A stretch of 64,000 bases of DNA. Source: Diadema antillarum (taxonomy: Eukaryota). Below are positions 49,295-62,702 of the stretch, one piece after another. The DNA lies in assembly GCF_040938485.1 (NCBI RefSeq), contig NW_027272710.1:1-64000 (forward strand), written 5' to 3'. Under the pieces are notes generated by a model. It did not search any database. It was not told the DNA's origin and saw nothing but the letters and a program-made list of their open reading frames with translations. A program made the position numbers and the translations under genes. Every line of letters starts with the position of its first letter. The stretch's first letter is position 1.

Positions 49295-49495
49295 ATTTAA
49301 GTATTTGTAAACTCTTTGGGAAGTCAATAATGTGCTCAGACACGATACATGATTCTTTATGCGTTTTATTGAGCTCAATAGATTAGTGCCCTTTTTAGTA
49401 GGTACATGCAAGCACAACATGTGCGCACAATCTTGAGAAGTACAGTTTCCCGCCCTATGAGGAAACGGAAATTAAACGTCTAAGCATATCTAAAC

Positions 49496-50732
49496 GGTTT
49501 ATTGCCACTTGGTCTATTTCCACTTGGTCTAATCACCAGTTGGGCTAACACCATTCGGGCTAAGCCCATTTGGTCCACTTCTCACTTGGTCTGCTTGCCA
49601 CATGGTCTAATAACCAGTTGGTCCACTGACCACCAGGGCTAATTGTCACTTTGTCTAATTCCCATTTCGTCTAATTGCCACTTGGTCTAATGTATTTTTT
49701 TGCCACTAGGTCCAATTGCACTTGGTCTAATATCAGTTCGTCTAATGTTCAGTTGGTCTAACACCATTTGGTCTCTTGCCTGTTGGTAATTTCCCAGTTG
49801 GTCTAATAACCATTTGGTCTAATATCCACTTGGGCTAATTCTCACTTGGTCTAATTTACACTTAGAATTTACAGAATTTATATTGTTACGAATTTAGTAC
49901 GTCCTTATCTTTTCCTCGGGCCGGCCATCTTTTCAAGCAATGCTTATAATGGCGGCCCTCTGCATAATCGTTTCTTAACTATAAATGTTATTCTTATCAC
50001 TGCTGCATAGACATGCATACTGTATATTAAATTTCTTTCATATCGTTGTTTATGCAAGTCAAAAGACTGTGTTAAATTTACTTTACATATGTCCTACGTG
50101 TTCATGATTATGTACTTAGTATGTATCTTGGTTTATGCAAGTCAAACGACTTTGCGTTTAATTTACTTTGTATATTTCCTGCATTTTCATGATTATGTAA
50201 CTTATGTATATTGATTTGCAGAAAATAAAGTATCTATCAAACAAACAAACTTAGTCTATTTTCATTTAGTCTAATAGCCACTTGGTCTAATTGCCAGTTC
50301 GTCTAATCATCATTTGGTCTAATTCCCACTTTGGCTAATGACCAGTTGGTCTAATGACCAGTTGGGCTACCACAGACTCTAGGCTACTGAGTCTAGGTGT
50401 CGATTAATATGGTAATTAAGTTGGCTCAAACACAGATTTAAATTTTAAGGGCAATATTGCGTAAGAAGGTGGAATGGTTAATCATCTTTTTTTCATGAAA
50501 GGGTCCGGGTGAAAGCCCATAATTTAAATGCGTGTATTAATTGGCCTTGAATTACTTACTTTTATTCATTCATTTTTTTTTATGTTTAGTAGTAGCCCTA
50601 CAGCAAATCTTTACTGAGGAGTGAGGGGAGGGGGATGATCAGCGATAGTCACCATCACCACAATAACAAGCGCATAACTGAACCGGCGGAGCCTTGGGGG
50701 GGGGGGGGGGGGGGAAGAAAAACTTGGTGCCG

Positions 50733-50763
<31 letters not shown>

Positions 50764-52527
50764 CACACTTTACAGGGATCGAATGTCCCACTCTTTTGCA
50801 TGAAATGTAAAGTGGGAGGAAAGTGGCAGCAAAAATATGAAATATGTTTTGTTTTGTTTTGTTTTGTTTTTTTGCTTGTCAGATGACTTTCGGTGGAAAA
50901 TCAGACCTTAAAAGTATGAAGACCTTCTTTTGTTTTTGAAATATCTGTGCGAGGGAGCGGAGCAACCGAGCGGGGGTAGATTTTGGGAGAGGGGTATCCC
51001 CCCACACGAGGAAGATTTTGCATTTCCAGACCTGAAATTCAGCGATCTGGTGCACACTATTGGTGAACTTTTGGATTCTTTTCCTGAAAAAAAAATAAGT
51101 AAGAAAATGAAATATTAATATATCATTGAATGACTTAATTTATCATTGAATGACTAAATCGTGGTATTTCAGCTCTTGCTCCGCCTGTGTGACATTACTG
51201 TGAAGGCCTACTAATCAGTGGGGCCTATCACCGGCGTAGCAAGGATTTGATCTTAGGGGGAGCGGTTAGATGCGAGGGAGCGAAGCAAGCGATGGGGGGG
51301 GGGGGGGGGAGGTGTGGGAGGGGAATTCCCCCTCCCAAGGTGAGAACTTTTTGCATTTTGATGTTGTAAATGGTGCAATTTGATGTATTTTTTGCGTGTT
51401 TTATCGACTTTAAACAATCCCACATGTTTAAGGTAGCAGCACATTTTGATGTAGGTTATTAGCGAACATTTTGCCTATAAAATTGTGTCATTTGAATAAA
51501 TGTTTTGTATTAATTATATTACACTGAACATCATAAACGCGACCGAGCCCGAGCGAGCGGAGGGAACGAGAGGTGGGGGTTGGAGGGAGATGTCCCCCCT
51601 CCCACGGTGAGAATTTTTTGCATTTTGATGATGAACATGGTGCAATTTGATGCATGTTTTTGCGCGTATTGTCGACTTGAAACGGTCCCACTTGTTTGAG
51701 GTAGCAATATAACTGACAATTCCGGTTTCCTTTTTATTGGGACGCACTGTATATCTACGCCTGTGGTTCCGTCGAAAACAATTTAGAAAGCGCAATTATT
51801 TGGATGCTCTGAAATACAAGTTTTATAGACAGATTTTTTTTTTAAATCCCTGGTGTGGGAGGGCTCCCGCACCCTCCCCCCGCTCAAGTCTGCAATGATC
51901 AGTCTTGTATTAGGTTGCTGTATCACAAGATGGCTGTATTAAAGATAAAAACACACGCATGTGTGTATATCATAGAGTTGTATGATATACATTTGTATAA
52001 CGGTTGTTAACACTTCCTTTTTTAAATCCATGGTTCATATGTTTCTTATTTTAGACCAAGTGGCATTAGACTAAGTGAGAATTAGACGAAATGGAAATTA
52101 GACCAAGAGAAGATTTGCCCAAGTGTTAATTAGACTAAGTGGTAATTAGACCAAATGACAATTAGACGAAATGGAAATTAGACTAAGTGATATGTAGACC
52201 AAGTGGTAATAGCCGAAATGGGTGTAGCCCAAATGAATATTAGACTAAATGGCATGTAGACGAAGTGAATATTACACCATGTGGAAATTAGACGTAGTGG
52301 AAATTAGACGTAGTGGCAATTAGCCGGAGTGGAAATTAGACCAAGTGGTGTTAGACTAACTGAGAATTAGACTAAGTGGTATTAGCCGAACTGGATATTA
52401 GACCAAGTGGAAATTAGACGAAATGGTAAATAGACGAAGTGGTTGTAGCCGAATTGGGTTTAGCCCGAATGGTGTTAGCCCACCTGGTTATGAGACCAAG
52501 TGGTAATAGCCCAAATGATAATTTACC
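49496..52527. mobile_element. Foldback/MULE-like element, copy 2
   Basis: Near-identical to 21793-24426 with the same TSD, plus a nested insertion. Confidence 0.8.
49866..50248 (+). mobile_element. Retroelement 3' fragment nested in the foldback arm
   Basis: Ends AATAAA..(CAAA)n, flanked by an ACTTAG duplication, and absent from copy 1. Confidence 0.6.
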
Positions 52528-53198
52528 AATCTAAACACCCTTGACAGTCATTATATAGGTTAAATGTTTTTTTTTTTTCCACGGTTTCATATTCCAGAAG
52601 TTTACATCTGACTTAAAATGTGACACAAAACACACACACACACACACACACACACATATTACTTTTTCGAAACTCCATCTACTTTTTGAGTCATTACAAT
52701 ATACAAAACAGTAAAATACATAATATTACAGTCAGTTTATTGTACAGAGGCTAATACATACATTAACACATAAATAGGTGGGTTATGATACGTATAAATA
52801 AATATATGAATATATATAACTGCACACTTTAATAGGAATACAGCTTTTCTTCCAGAAGGTAACAACATTATGCCACATAGTGGATACATGTAATGCATGA
52901 CGTCACACTTGACTTTTTTTCCCGTACTCAAACATTGAGTAATAGAGCCTACATTTCTGTTACAGGCTTCGCAAATTACAATATACAGAGAACTCAAAAA
53001 GTAACACACACACACAGAGATCACGTCCTAATGACACATACAAATGCAGGTTGGAAACTGTCAAAAACTAGAATGATGATTAGATTGAAATTTGAACATT
53101 ATGTGTTTAAAGAGAAAGAGAACTGATTGATCCATTATGTATACACAGTAGTAGAATTGGGTCTTAAGCGTCTAACAGTATCCTCCTAACAAGATGAA

Positions 53199-53760
53199 AG
53201 GACAAGATCACTTTCCTAGACATGTGGATAAAGTGAATGCAGCAATATTAGAACACATCAGCGAGAGGTTGAGGACAATTTGGACAACCCGTTCAAAAGT
53301 TTTGAATTTTTGAAGTTTTTGCTAAGTCACTGCTTGATAAGATTACTGCTTGTGATGTCACATGTATAATTATAACGATGTAAATAAAATATAAAGACAA
53401 TTCAACATATTTTCACTTTCTCGAATGATATAAGAACGCTTGACTTGCCTCTGTCAGAAGGCAGGGGGAATAATATTACCCTTAATATACATCAGTGACA
53501 GATTGAGGAAATGTGCACTTTATTCAAAAAAACTAAAAGTTTTTGTGAAATTCTATTTACATCTTCCTTATATCGATGTATGCTTGTGACATCATACACA
53601 GTAGTAGACTTCTTTCTTATCCAGCAGTGACTGCACAGATGATTTAAAAATGCATAACTTTTGAACGGATCGTACGATTTTCCCCAAACTTTCACTAATG
53701 TGTTCTAATGATATTGCTGCATTTACTTAATCCACATGTATATAAAGATGAACTTGTTGT
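53199..53760. mobile_element. Kolobok-like TTAA MITE, copy 4
   Basis: Paralog of 25098-25659. Confidence 0.75.
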
Positions 53761-54351
53761 TTAAGAAAAATACTATAACACAAGAGATACATTGCAATTT
53801 TACATAACAAATCATCTTGAAAAAACAACAACAATCTACAATATAATTTCTACCTCTCGTTTTAATGAAAAAGACAATAAATCATGAACTTCGAATCATC
53901 TATCTAACTACCGCTGCAGCTGTAATTGTTTTTAAGTCAAATTAAATTCTACCTTTTCCTTTTCGAATGTAATCGTCACTAATTTCAGATTTTCTGAATT
54001 TCCACTTTCCGTTATAACGTATAAATCAAAAATATTCATCGATTTGCTATGTAATCATCGTCAAAAATGAACGGAGAAAGTCGATCAGCGTCATTTATAC
54101 AAACAAACTTCTTGCTCATTTACATAAAAGCCTAATTACATCAGCTAATAATAAATAATTTTTAGAAAGAAATGTCTTAACAACAATTCAGTTTTAGTTA
54201 GAGCTAGATGGCTCTTGTAGAGCACAAGGTGTAAGGCAAGACTGGAGTTTAGCACATCTTACAAGAATACAGTAAAAATATTTGAACAGTCAATACTGAA
54301 TACATTGGAGCAAGAACTCAAGACATGGATATTTCACCAACAGCTGGCCTC

Positions 54352-55419
54352 TTATGCTCGCCTCATGCGCATACAGGCACATGACACAGGGACTTGAAGG
54401 GTCCTCTGCTCGTACCGGAAGTGGCCATCCACACACTGGGTCTTCTGAAGGACTTTCATGTTGTACATCACAGGTTGACATCGAAGGTTTGGATCCACTT
54501 GGTGTGTGTAAGGATCCAGACATGCAGAACACTGGCACTGAGCCATAGTGATCACCATCGGGATACGGTCGGCATCGAAGCATTCCACGTAGGTCCATGG
54601 ACACGAGCCGTCCTGGTTCACGATCTCCGGACTTCCAGCGTTTGGTTTCGCTCCTACGGGGCAGTTCTGCGGGCTGGAGACGCCATCAAATGGACAGCTC
54701 GACGTGTGGGCCAAGCCCATATCACTGGTCGACAGGTTGAAACTTTGTACGGCGAATGCTGCCGCTTTGGGATAGAACAGATTAGAGTTCATTTCTCGTC
54801 GATAGGAATCAGCTGCGTCTATTGGCAGACATGCCTGAGAGGTGCTTGGGACTGGTGACGACGTAACGGTCTGGATGATAGCTGCTGCTGCTGCTGCCAT
54901 CGACGTAAGTAGAAGTAGGGTCTGATGAGGCAAAATGATAAGAGATTGGTAAATGATACGTCCATACGTCCATATGGATAAAATCATATCAAACTAATTG
55001 CTAATTTCAATGCAGAAAACATGATAAGTGGAAAACAGCTTGAATACTATTCGCATTTCAACTAGTAACGGAGTTTCAATGCAAATGGGAAATCATTTAA
55101 ATGGAATATTTAATTACGATAAATATTTTCCTTTTGTTTCTTGATATAGACAAATTACACACGACTTTTGCAGAAATACATTAACCTGCATTAGTTGACA
55201 AATGCAAAATAAATTGAATCTAGTACATAGGGTACACCGCGACAAAATTTTCGAGTGTTTGCTAGATGAAAGACGAGCGCAGGCAGTCAACTGAAATACC
55301 ATGCGGAATTGTAATTGCAACGATCGCAACTGTCAATGTCAGGTGTGCTGGTAAGATAATCATAATGGCACGACTCTTCTTGAATGTCAAACTAAAGTGA
55401 TGGTAGGACTCACATTCAT
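54352..55419 (-). CDS. IL17: Interleukin-17 family cytokine, copy 4 (type B): join(55419..55414,54921..54352), 191 aa
   Basis: Same pattern and splice sites, with a six-Ala run. DSYRREMN here versus DSHRRELN in copy 2. Confidence 0.9.
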
Positions 55420-55788
55420 TTTGAGCGTGGTGTTGAAGTCCTCTTGTTTCTTGCAGTATAACAACGTGCCTTTCCAATTGAGACGTTTACGAGTCCTCTC
55501 CACGAAGTAGGTTGACGTCGAGGTATCATCCAGGCAAGAAATGCTCAGTGATATTCTGGATGTTCTAGCATACAGGCTTAATATGATGGAGAAAACCCCA
55601 CACTGACGAGTTTTATATCATCAGCTTACCGGATGGAGATTATGTCACCTGACACGGAACGTGTCTTCATACTTCCTAGTTCCTTCCCGCACGCTATCAT
55701 AGACATCCCGAGCTCTAATTTTGCGCTGTTTAAACTAAGACACATCGTCTGTACACCCTGTTCAAATATGAAACTATTCCCAGGGCAA

Positions 55789-55798
55789 GGGAATTCCC
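55789..55798. promoter_or_regulatory. NF-kB site GGGAATTCCC, copy 4
   Basis: Perfect palindrome at the same position as in the other promoters. Confidence 0.75.
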
Positions 55799-57730
55799 TG
55801 GAGATGTTGCCAGAAATAGATTACAATATGTACATATAGATCCAAAAATAGCCTTCTTAAAAGTACACTTATTGTTCCACTTAAAAAAATAGCAAACTGG
55901 ATTTTTTAATGATCTAATCTTTATCTTGGAACTGACCAAAGTTCTATCTAACAAAAGTACTCATTGCAAGAATACTAAAGAAAACTTCGGAAGTCACTAT
56001 TTGGTGACACAGATCATGTGATGAAATGTTTTAGATAGAGAGAAGCCCTGAGTTAAACAGTTTGTAACTCTAAAGGATCTGTCACTCGACAGAGTTTATC
56101 TTCCTGAAACAACATTTATGAGAGAAACTCAAACACACAGGTAAAGATACTAATGCAAAAGGAAAATTAAGAGTCCCAGAAAATTTACCAGTAGGAGTAT
56201 TTTTTGTTTTGCAGTGGTAAAAAACCAAAGCCGTACAAACGGAAGCAAGGCCAATTCGGCTTATACAAAGACGGATATCTTACTGATAACTTATTGCTAT
56301 ATCAAGAAAACAAGGAAATATCAGAATCCGACTTTTGGGGGTGAAAAGTATAGTGAATGATAAATGGCAACTAAAATGTAAGTATGTCGACTAAAATGTA
56401 CAGATGTTCTCCCCCTAGAAAAGGAAAGGAAAGGTAGAGTCTGCCCCTCCCCCTCCTTCCGGTTTCGCCATACTTGCTACGCTTTACACACATATATTTG
56501 AGACCTGAAATGTGTTCGCAATTGCATTCAAAATACTGCAAATACCCCTGCTGGAAAGAACACAGTGTCCCACAATGTGAAACACTAAGTGAAACACAGT
56601 GTGAAAACATTGTAAACACAGTGTGAAATCTCTTCACACTGATAAATTCGAGCATATCAACAGTATGAACACAATAGTGAATCATCAATTTATAGGTATG
56701 AATCATTAATTCACAGTGTGGAACAATACATTGATAATGAATACTCTGTGAAAAACCACACCACAGTGTGAAATAATCTTCAGACTGTTAAACTCCAGCG
56801 TTTTCTCATAGTTGACTATGTGAAGACACTGCAACGTTCTTTCCAGCAAGGAAGGGCAAAGTGTTATCTGGCATCTTGAACCAAAACATCGAAAAGAAAA
56901 TATCTTGTCATATGTAATAGCGACACGTCTACTTCACTCTGTCTCTATTTCTCTTCCTAGAACATGAATTTATAAACTTAAACATCTAATGAGGTAAATA
57001 CATCGGCATATCTTCCCTCAATTTCTAACACAAGTCTTCTGATGCTATGATCAAGTGAAACAATTACTCCTGTAAATTGATTAAATCCAAGTCATTTGAC
57101 AATGTAAATAAAAAAGAAAAAAATCCTCATTCATTTATCTTTACCTTTTCCACTTTTCATCTTGTAGAAAAACAATTTGTTGATATGTTTCAGTGTAAAG
57201 TCACTGCAAAAGTGTCTAATTGTGGAAATATTTTTTTATCTCTATTGCTTAAAATCGTCGTCATTTTTTAATAAGCCTGGAAGATGTTTTGAAGTATGAG
57301 AAAGTTGTTTATTTTGGTGTACATCTTACGCCAATGTGATTGTATTTTTAGGTGGAAAAGAATGGGCATTTCCATGGTCTCGTTTATGAGACCATGGTAA
57401 GACTTCATAAACATCTTCATGACTCCCAGAGCGCCAACTTGGAATACATGTAACAGTCACGTTTTCCAGCATCTATGAAAACACTAATTCTCCGGAAAAA
57501 AAAACACCAAGCAAACACAAAATCATTAATAGCTGTTCCTTTTGTCCTTCCCTGTTTAATTTTCTCATAATCAACACTTCATAAATACTCCAAAATGCCA
57601 AATTTACCATATCACCCATTTTCATTTTCTTAGCTCCAATGATAATAAAAAAAGCATCGACTCTAGAAAACACATTTTACCTATTTCTTAAATTGAAAAA
57701 AAAGAACGATTCATCTTACAGTACATAATA

Positions 57731-58423
57731 TGTGACCCTGCACCTCAAAACAAACAAAAAGTCGCCAGACTTGAATTTTTAGTTAAGACCATATTCTGAA
57801 AGAGCAGACTTTAAGCTTTAAAATGATGTATAACTCACATCAAATGGATTCTCCTAACCTATCTAGATATTGGAAAGAAAGCACAAACTCAGGAAAAGTG
57901 TGAATTGAGAAAAGAGGCTTTGAAGTACAGTGTCTATTCAAGCGCTTAATCTTTACCAAACCGTGCTGGCTGTGCGATGGAAGTTATAAAAAAACAGGAA
58001 GTAAACCACCAGAGTAACAACAATGAAGGGATTATCAGATTAAACTGAAATTAAGCATGCCTCATTAACACATTCTGTCCATAATTAACGCCAACTTTCA
58101 AAGCAGTAGCACTATCCTTTTAAAAGTTATTAGAGTTGAAAGTGAAGAGTGTGGACAAGGTTTTTCAGAAATGAAAAAGGGATTCTAAAGACACACCTAA
58201 TCACACTATTCTACCAAAAATGTTCGAGATAAACTGCTAAAAAAAACACACTTTCCTGCCCGTTTTGTGATACCAAATGTTAGCATAATGTAAAAGAAGA
58301 CCCGCTCTTTCAGAAAATGTGAAAAAGTCAAGTTCGGGTAGGTTGACCCATTTCACTTATTTTCAGTCCTCACGCAAAATCAGTGTGTGCGACTTTATGT
58401 TCGTTTTGAGGTGCACGGTCACA
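57731..58423. mobile_element. ~700-bp TGTGACC...GGTCACA TIR element, copy 2
   Basis: Collinear with 867-1562 but in a non-paralogous site; the sites near 15770 and 43380 are empty. Confidence 0.8.
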
Positions 58424-59154
58424 TATGGATGCTGGATGCCTTTCCTACAATCACAAACATCATATAAATGTGGGTCATTACATTGCCGAACAAACTGTTT
58501 TTGTTTAAACTACAGCATATCTTTGAAAAAAAAAAATGCTTTATTCCGTTTTCCTATGTATGTTAATTTTTTAATACTTCCTCCCAAATTACATTCAAAT
58601 TTGTGATCTTTTCACAATACAATAAACTTTCATATTTCTCTTTCGTGAAAAAAGCAATAAAAAAGTTGCCTTTACAAATTACCCTTGGGCTTTTGCTTTC
58701 GCCCAACGGTAATAGTTGGTATCAACAAAACATCAGATGCTTTTATGTTATTGGTAAAACCACATACTTGATATCGCAGATCTTTCATTTAGAATATTAA
58801 CAAAAAACCTTTCTTCTTCTCCGTCATACCTATGAAATCTTTTGTCAACAACAAATAGCCTAGTTGGGATATCATTCAGATACATAGTATTACTCCATAT
58901 ACCTAACTTCATTCAAACTACCGTTGATCTTCATAACAAATGTTTTATAATACATACCATGAAATTTGCTTATCAATATTGAATAAATACATTATTTTGT
59001 TCATCTCATATTCTATAAATGGACCACGCACGAATATCGAGCAATGAAAGGTTTTCAATATTTCTTGATGTTTTTAATAGCCAGCTGTGTAACTTTTTAC
59101 ATGTCTATGCGGAGACAGTGCCTAATTGTATGATTATTCCTCTTACTTTATCTA

Positions 59155-59372
59155 GTCGTAGAGCACGATTGTCCCTGTTTCCGTGTAAAGGAATAAATAT
59201 TTGATGTAATTTTGTTGAGACTTTCCCGCAAATTCTGAGGGGCAAGACCTTTGACCTACGCTGGTTGCATTGCACAATATATTGAGCATGAAACATCCGA
59301 CTTGAAAACTCTTAAGATGGACAGATATGTATGGCACGGCATTGTTTCCCTATCTCAGACGTGTCCGTCAAG
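59155..59372 (+). pseudogene. Decayed RTE-like LINE 3' end (divergent paralog)
   Basis: Translates ..GARPLTYAGCIAQYIEHETSDLKTLKMDRYVWHGIV. Confidence 0.6.
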
Positions 59373-61711
59373 CTGTATAATTGATTCAAAACCTTTTGAT
59401 GTAATGCAAAGACACTCATATCAACTTCTTTTGCAACTAAGGTAGAATTTCATCCCTGATATTATTTTGTAAGATATGCAGTTCTTGTTAAATTGATATT
59501 TTTCGCTCTTAATTTTTTTTTTTTTTACCCTGACAATTTTTATACTTTGCCAGTACCATTTTGCCCTTCCACCAAGTTGCCCTGTATGGATATGTGTGTG
59601 CTGATGAAATGTACTTTCATATGTATTCCGCACTGTCATAACGTGACGGATGTTGTGGTGGACTGTTTTTTCCTCTGTTATATAGTTTAGTTCTCCTTGA
59701 GTAGACGGAAATGTAAGTTCCCATCTGTGAAATCTTAGTACTCTTTGAGTAGACGGAAATGTATGTTCCCATCTGTGAAATCCAAACTATGCGGAATTCT
59801 CCGAAGTGTCTGATGTCATTGTTACACGCATATCGTTGTTATTTTATTCCGAAGTTATAAATATATCCCTTTCTATTTGAGAAGTAACCGTATGTGCTTG
59901 TACTCTAGTTTTTCTGGTTTCGATGCTGTTACTTCTCCTTGTCTCTTTAGAGTTTATCAGCATTGATAGTCTAGAAGATAATAATAAAAAAAGGTCATAT
60001 GAAAGTCAGTGTGGTATGCACATTTGTTCGATGTTTTCTACGCTATTTATTCAGGTTTGGTTTATTGGATGTAGCAAAGTCTATTGGACCTAACGAATCT
60101 CCATCAAAACAATCACAGGTTTCCTAATGTTCACTTGGAAGCTCCCCTTTTATGCACATTTTCAGAAGTAATCCCACTAAGCAACCAAAACAGTATGTAG
60201 ATTCAGTGTAGATGATTATCGATCAGGATCCCTGCTGATCGGTACAGCAACAATATCTGATTGGAGTGAACATGAGCGTCAAAATGTGTACAATCTTATT
60301 CGACAGGTGTATGATCACGGCGGAGAAATATTTGTTTATCTACAAGACAATTAACGAAGAGAAAGAAGGATGTCGATCTAACGGGACAATAGCTCATTTG
60401 GATCATTAACTCCAAAAATAACTATTGATTACTTTTTTGATCAGTCTACATTATTTTGATCTTGCCAGGGGAAGAGAAAATGACAGTCTAGTGAACTTGG
60501 CGGAAATACGAAAATCCGGCGGACCTTGTTCTATCGCACCTCCGTGTGAATAATGGCATCCTACAATACCAGGACGAGAGGAGGCTCAAATTCGAGATCT
60601 CTTTCACGTATGCATTTTTTTTACACCGTTTGCAACAAAATGTCAAGGTCCCAAAATATCCAGATTGTAAATGTGCACTGCACTGCATATCAATTTCAAA
60701 TTAAGATGTTGTGATTCTCCAATGCTTCTTCCAACATATCGCTTTTCCTTAGGTTACTTAAGATCCTTAAGAAACTTTGCATGTAAAAGATTGTATTCAA
60801 AACCTTTAGTTGTCTAATCACCCACACTGTATGCATGGCTCAGGTTCTCTTCGATGTTTCAACTGATCGTCGACAAGGTCCTCTCATTCTAGTTTATACC
60901 CGTCACTGTCAGGCAATGTCAGGTGTCCATAACTTGCACAGACCTATTTGATTAGAGAAGAACGAAAGTTATAACACGGCTTCTCTCAAGTTGTATCGGT
61001 TGAGGAGAAATCTAGTTGTGGCGCCTCGGTTAGGAGTCTTTGATATACCCCCCCCCCCCCCTCCCCCGAAAGAAGATTTAAAAGGACTGGAAACTACGAA
61101 ATGTAAGGTACAAAGTTAAGCAGTTAAGCAGAAATCTAGACAAAAGTCAGTAGAGCAAAGGTCTGCCTGTGGTGACTCCGGTTGGGAGTCTTTTTAAGAT
61201 ATAAGGGCATTGATGGAAACAAAGAAACTCACGGTTAAAATTCATTTGAAAAATGTAGCAGTTTCTTATTATAATACCCCTGCATTAGAGCAAAAATACT
61301 CTGACAGAAGAAATCACAGTTCTCGTTGTACGCAAAGCTATTACGATCATTTTCCGATAAGTCCCCTATTTAAAAGGGAGGAAATTAAAATCAACATTAT
61401 TCTATACTTGTGTGTTTGGAACACCGATTTACAAATCGCGAATATTTCAAAATCTTGGATCAATGCATTCTTCACTTCTGAAGTAACCCTATTCAATTCG
61501 TTCATTCTCATTATACCGGTAAATGGCATAGACAAACAGTATAGTACCTGTAAGTCTCGAAATGAAATCACAACCCAAATCAAAAACTCCGTCCCTACGT
61601 AAGACCAACTTTTCGAAACTTTCGTCCAGTGATATCTAAAATAGTCTTTAAATGATCATCCAACTCATACTCCTCATTTTTTTTCTTTTAAATGGAAACA
61701 ACGTATTCTAT

Positions 61712-62084
61712 TATTCAATTCAATTTAATTCAATCATAGTTATGTCCAATCAACGAAAATCAAAACATGGTATAAAGTTTACATGTCATGAAATAATATT
61801 GTTCAAACGTTGACATGTAGTATCCGAGATAAATTATATAACAACATACATCTGTATATATACAATAATTACGAGGAACAATACATTTCTACTTCGGGGG
61901 CGTGCGGAAAATATATTCAATTATGGAAAATAGTGATCCACTAAAAAGCAAAGCTTGTGGGACGTGGATCGCTAGATAAATAATGAGTAAAATATATATT
62001 ATTCGAGGGTTTTTATAGCTATCATATTTGATATAGATTATTTAAGTCATTTGTAAAGATTGTAAAAATGCGTAAAGATTAGGC
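61712..62084 (-). mobile_element. Probable LINE 3' remnant with an (ATTGA)n-like tail
   Basis: Insertion relative to paralogs (near 3270 and 36635) whose left edge is TTCAATTCAATTTAATTCAAT. No coding remnant recognised. Confidence 0.4.
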
Positions 62085-62197
62085 ATTTTAATGTTTCTTT
62101 CACGATTTCTTCCTAACGAGTAGAAATTGCCTTCCTTTTTGTGATGCGTGCTTGTTTCAGGCTTTGGCTGTGTATACGCACGTTACATTGGTGTGTT

Positions 62198-62237
<40 letters not shown>

Positions 62238-62399
62238 CGTGTGTGTGTGTTATTTCAAGTAAGCCTACATGATTACATCAAAATTATGTTGAATGATGTA
62301 TGTATCTGCTCAGTCTGAGAGATAAGAAAATGTTGACTCACTTCTCTTCTCACTGAGCGCACTCCCTAAATCTTACACATATTCACTGAAATGATATAT

Positions 62400-62446
<47 letters not shown>

Positions 62447-62645
62447 TGCATACATACAACTAAATGCACACCCTTGCAACCACACGATCAAGCACATCAA
62501 CATCAGATCTACAAGGCCACACTCAAACTCTTACGCACACGTACAAATGCGGAAACAGAAAATGATACCGGTCACTTGTGGTTAGCAGGGTTGCTAAGCA
62601 AGTCGGCGAACAGATTCCACACGTCAATCTTTATTCGATACAATG

Positions 62646-62702
<57 letters not shown>

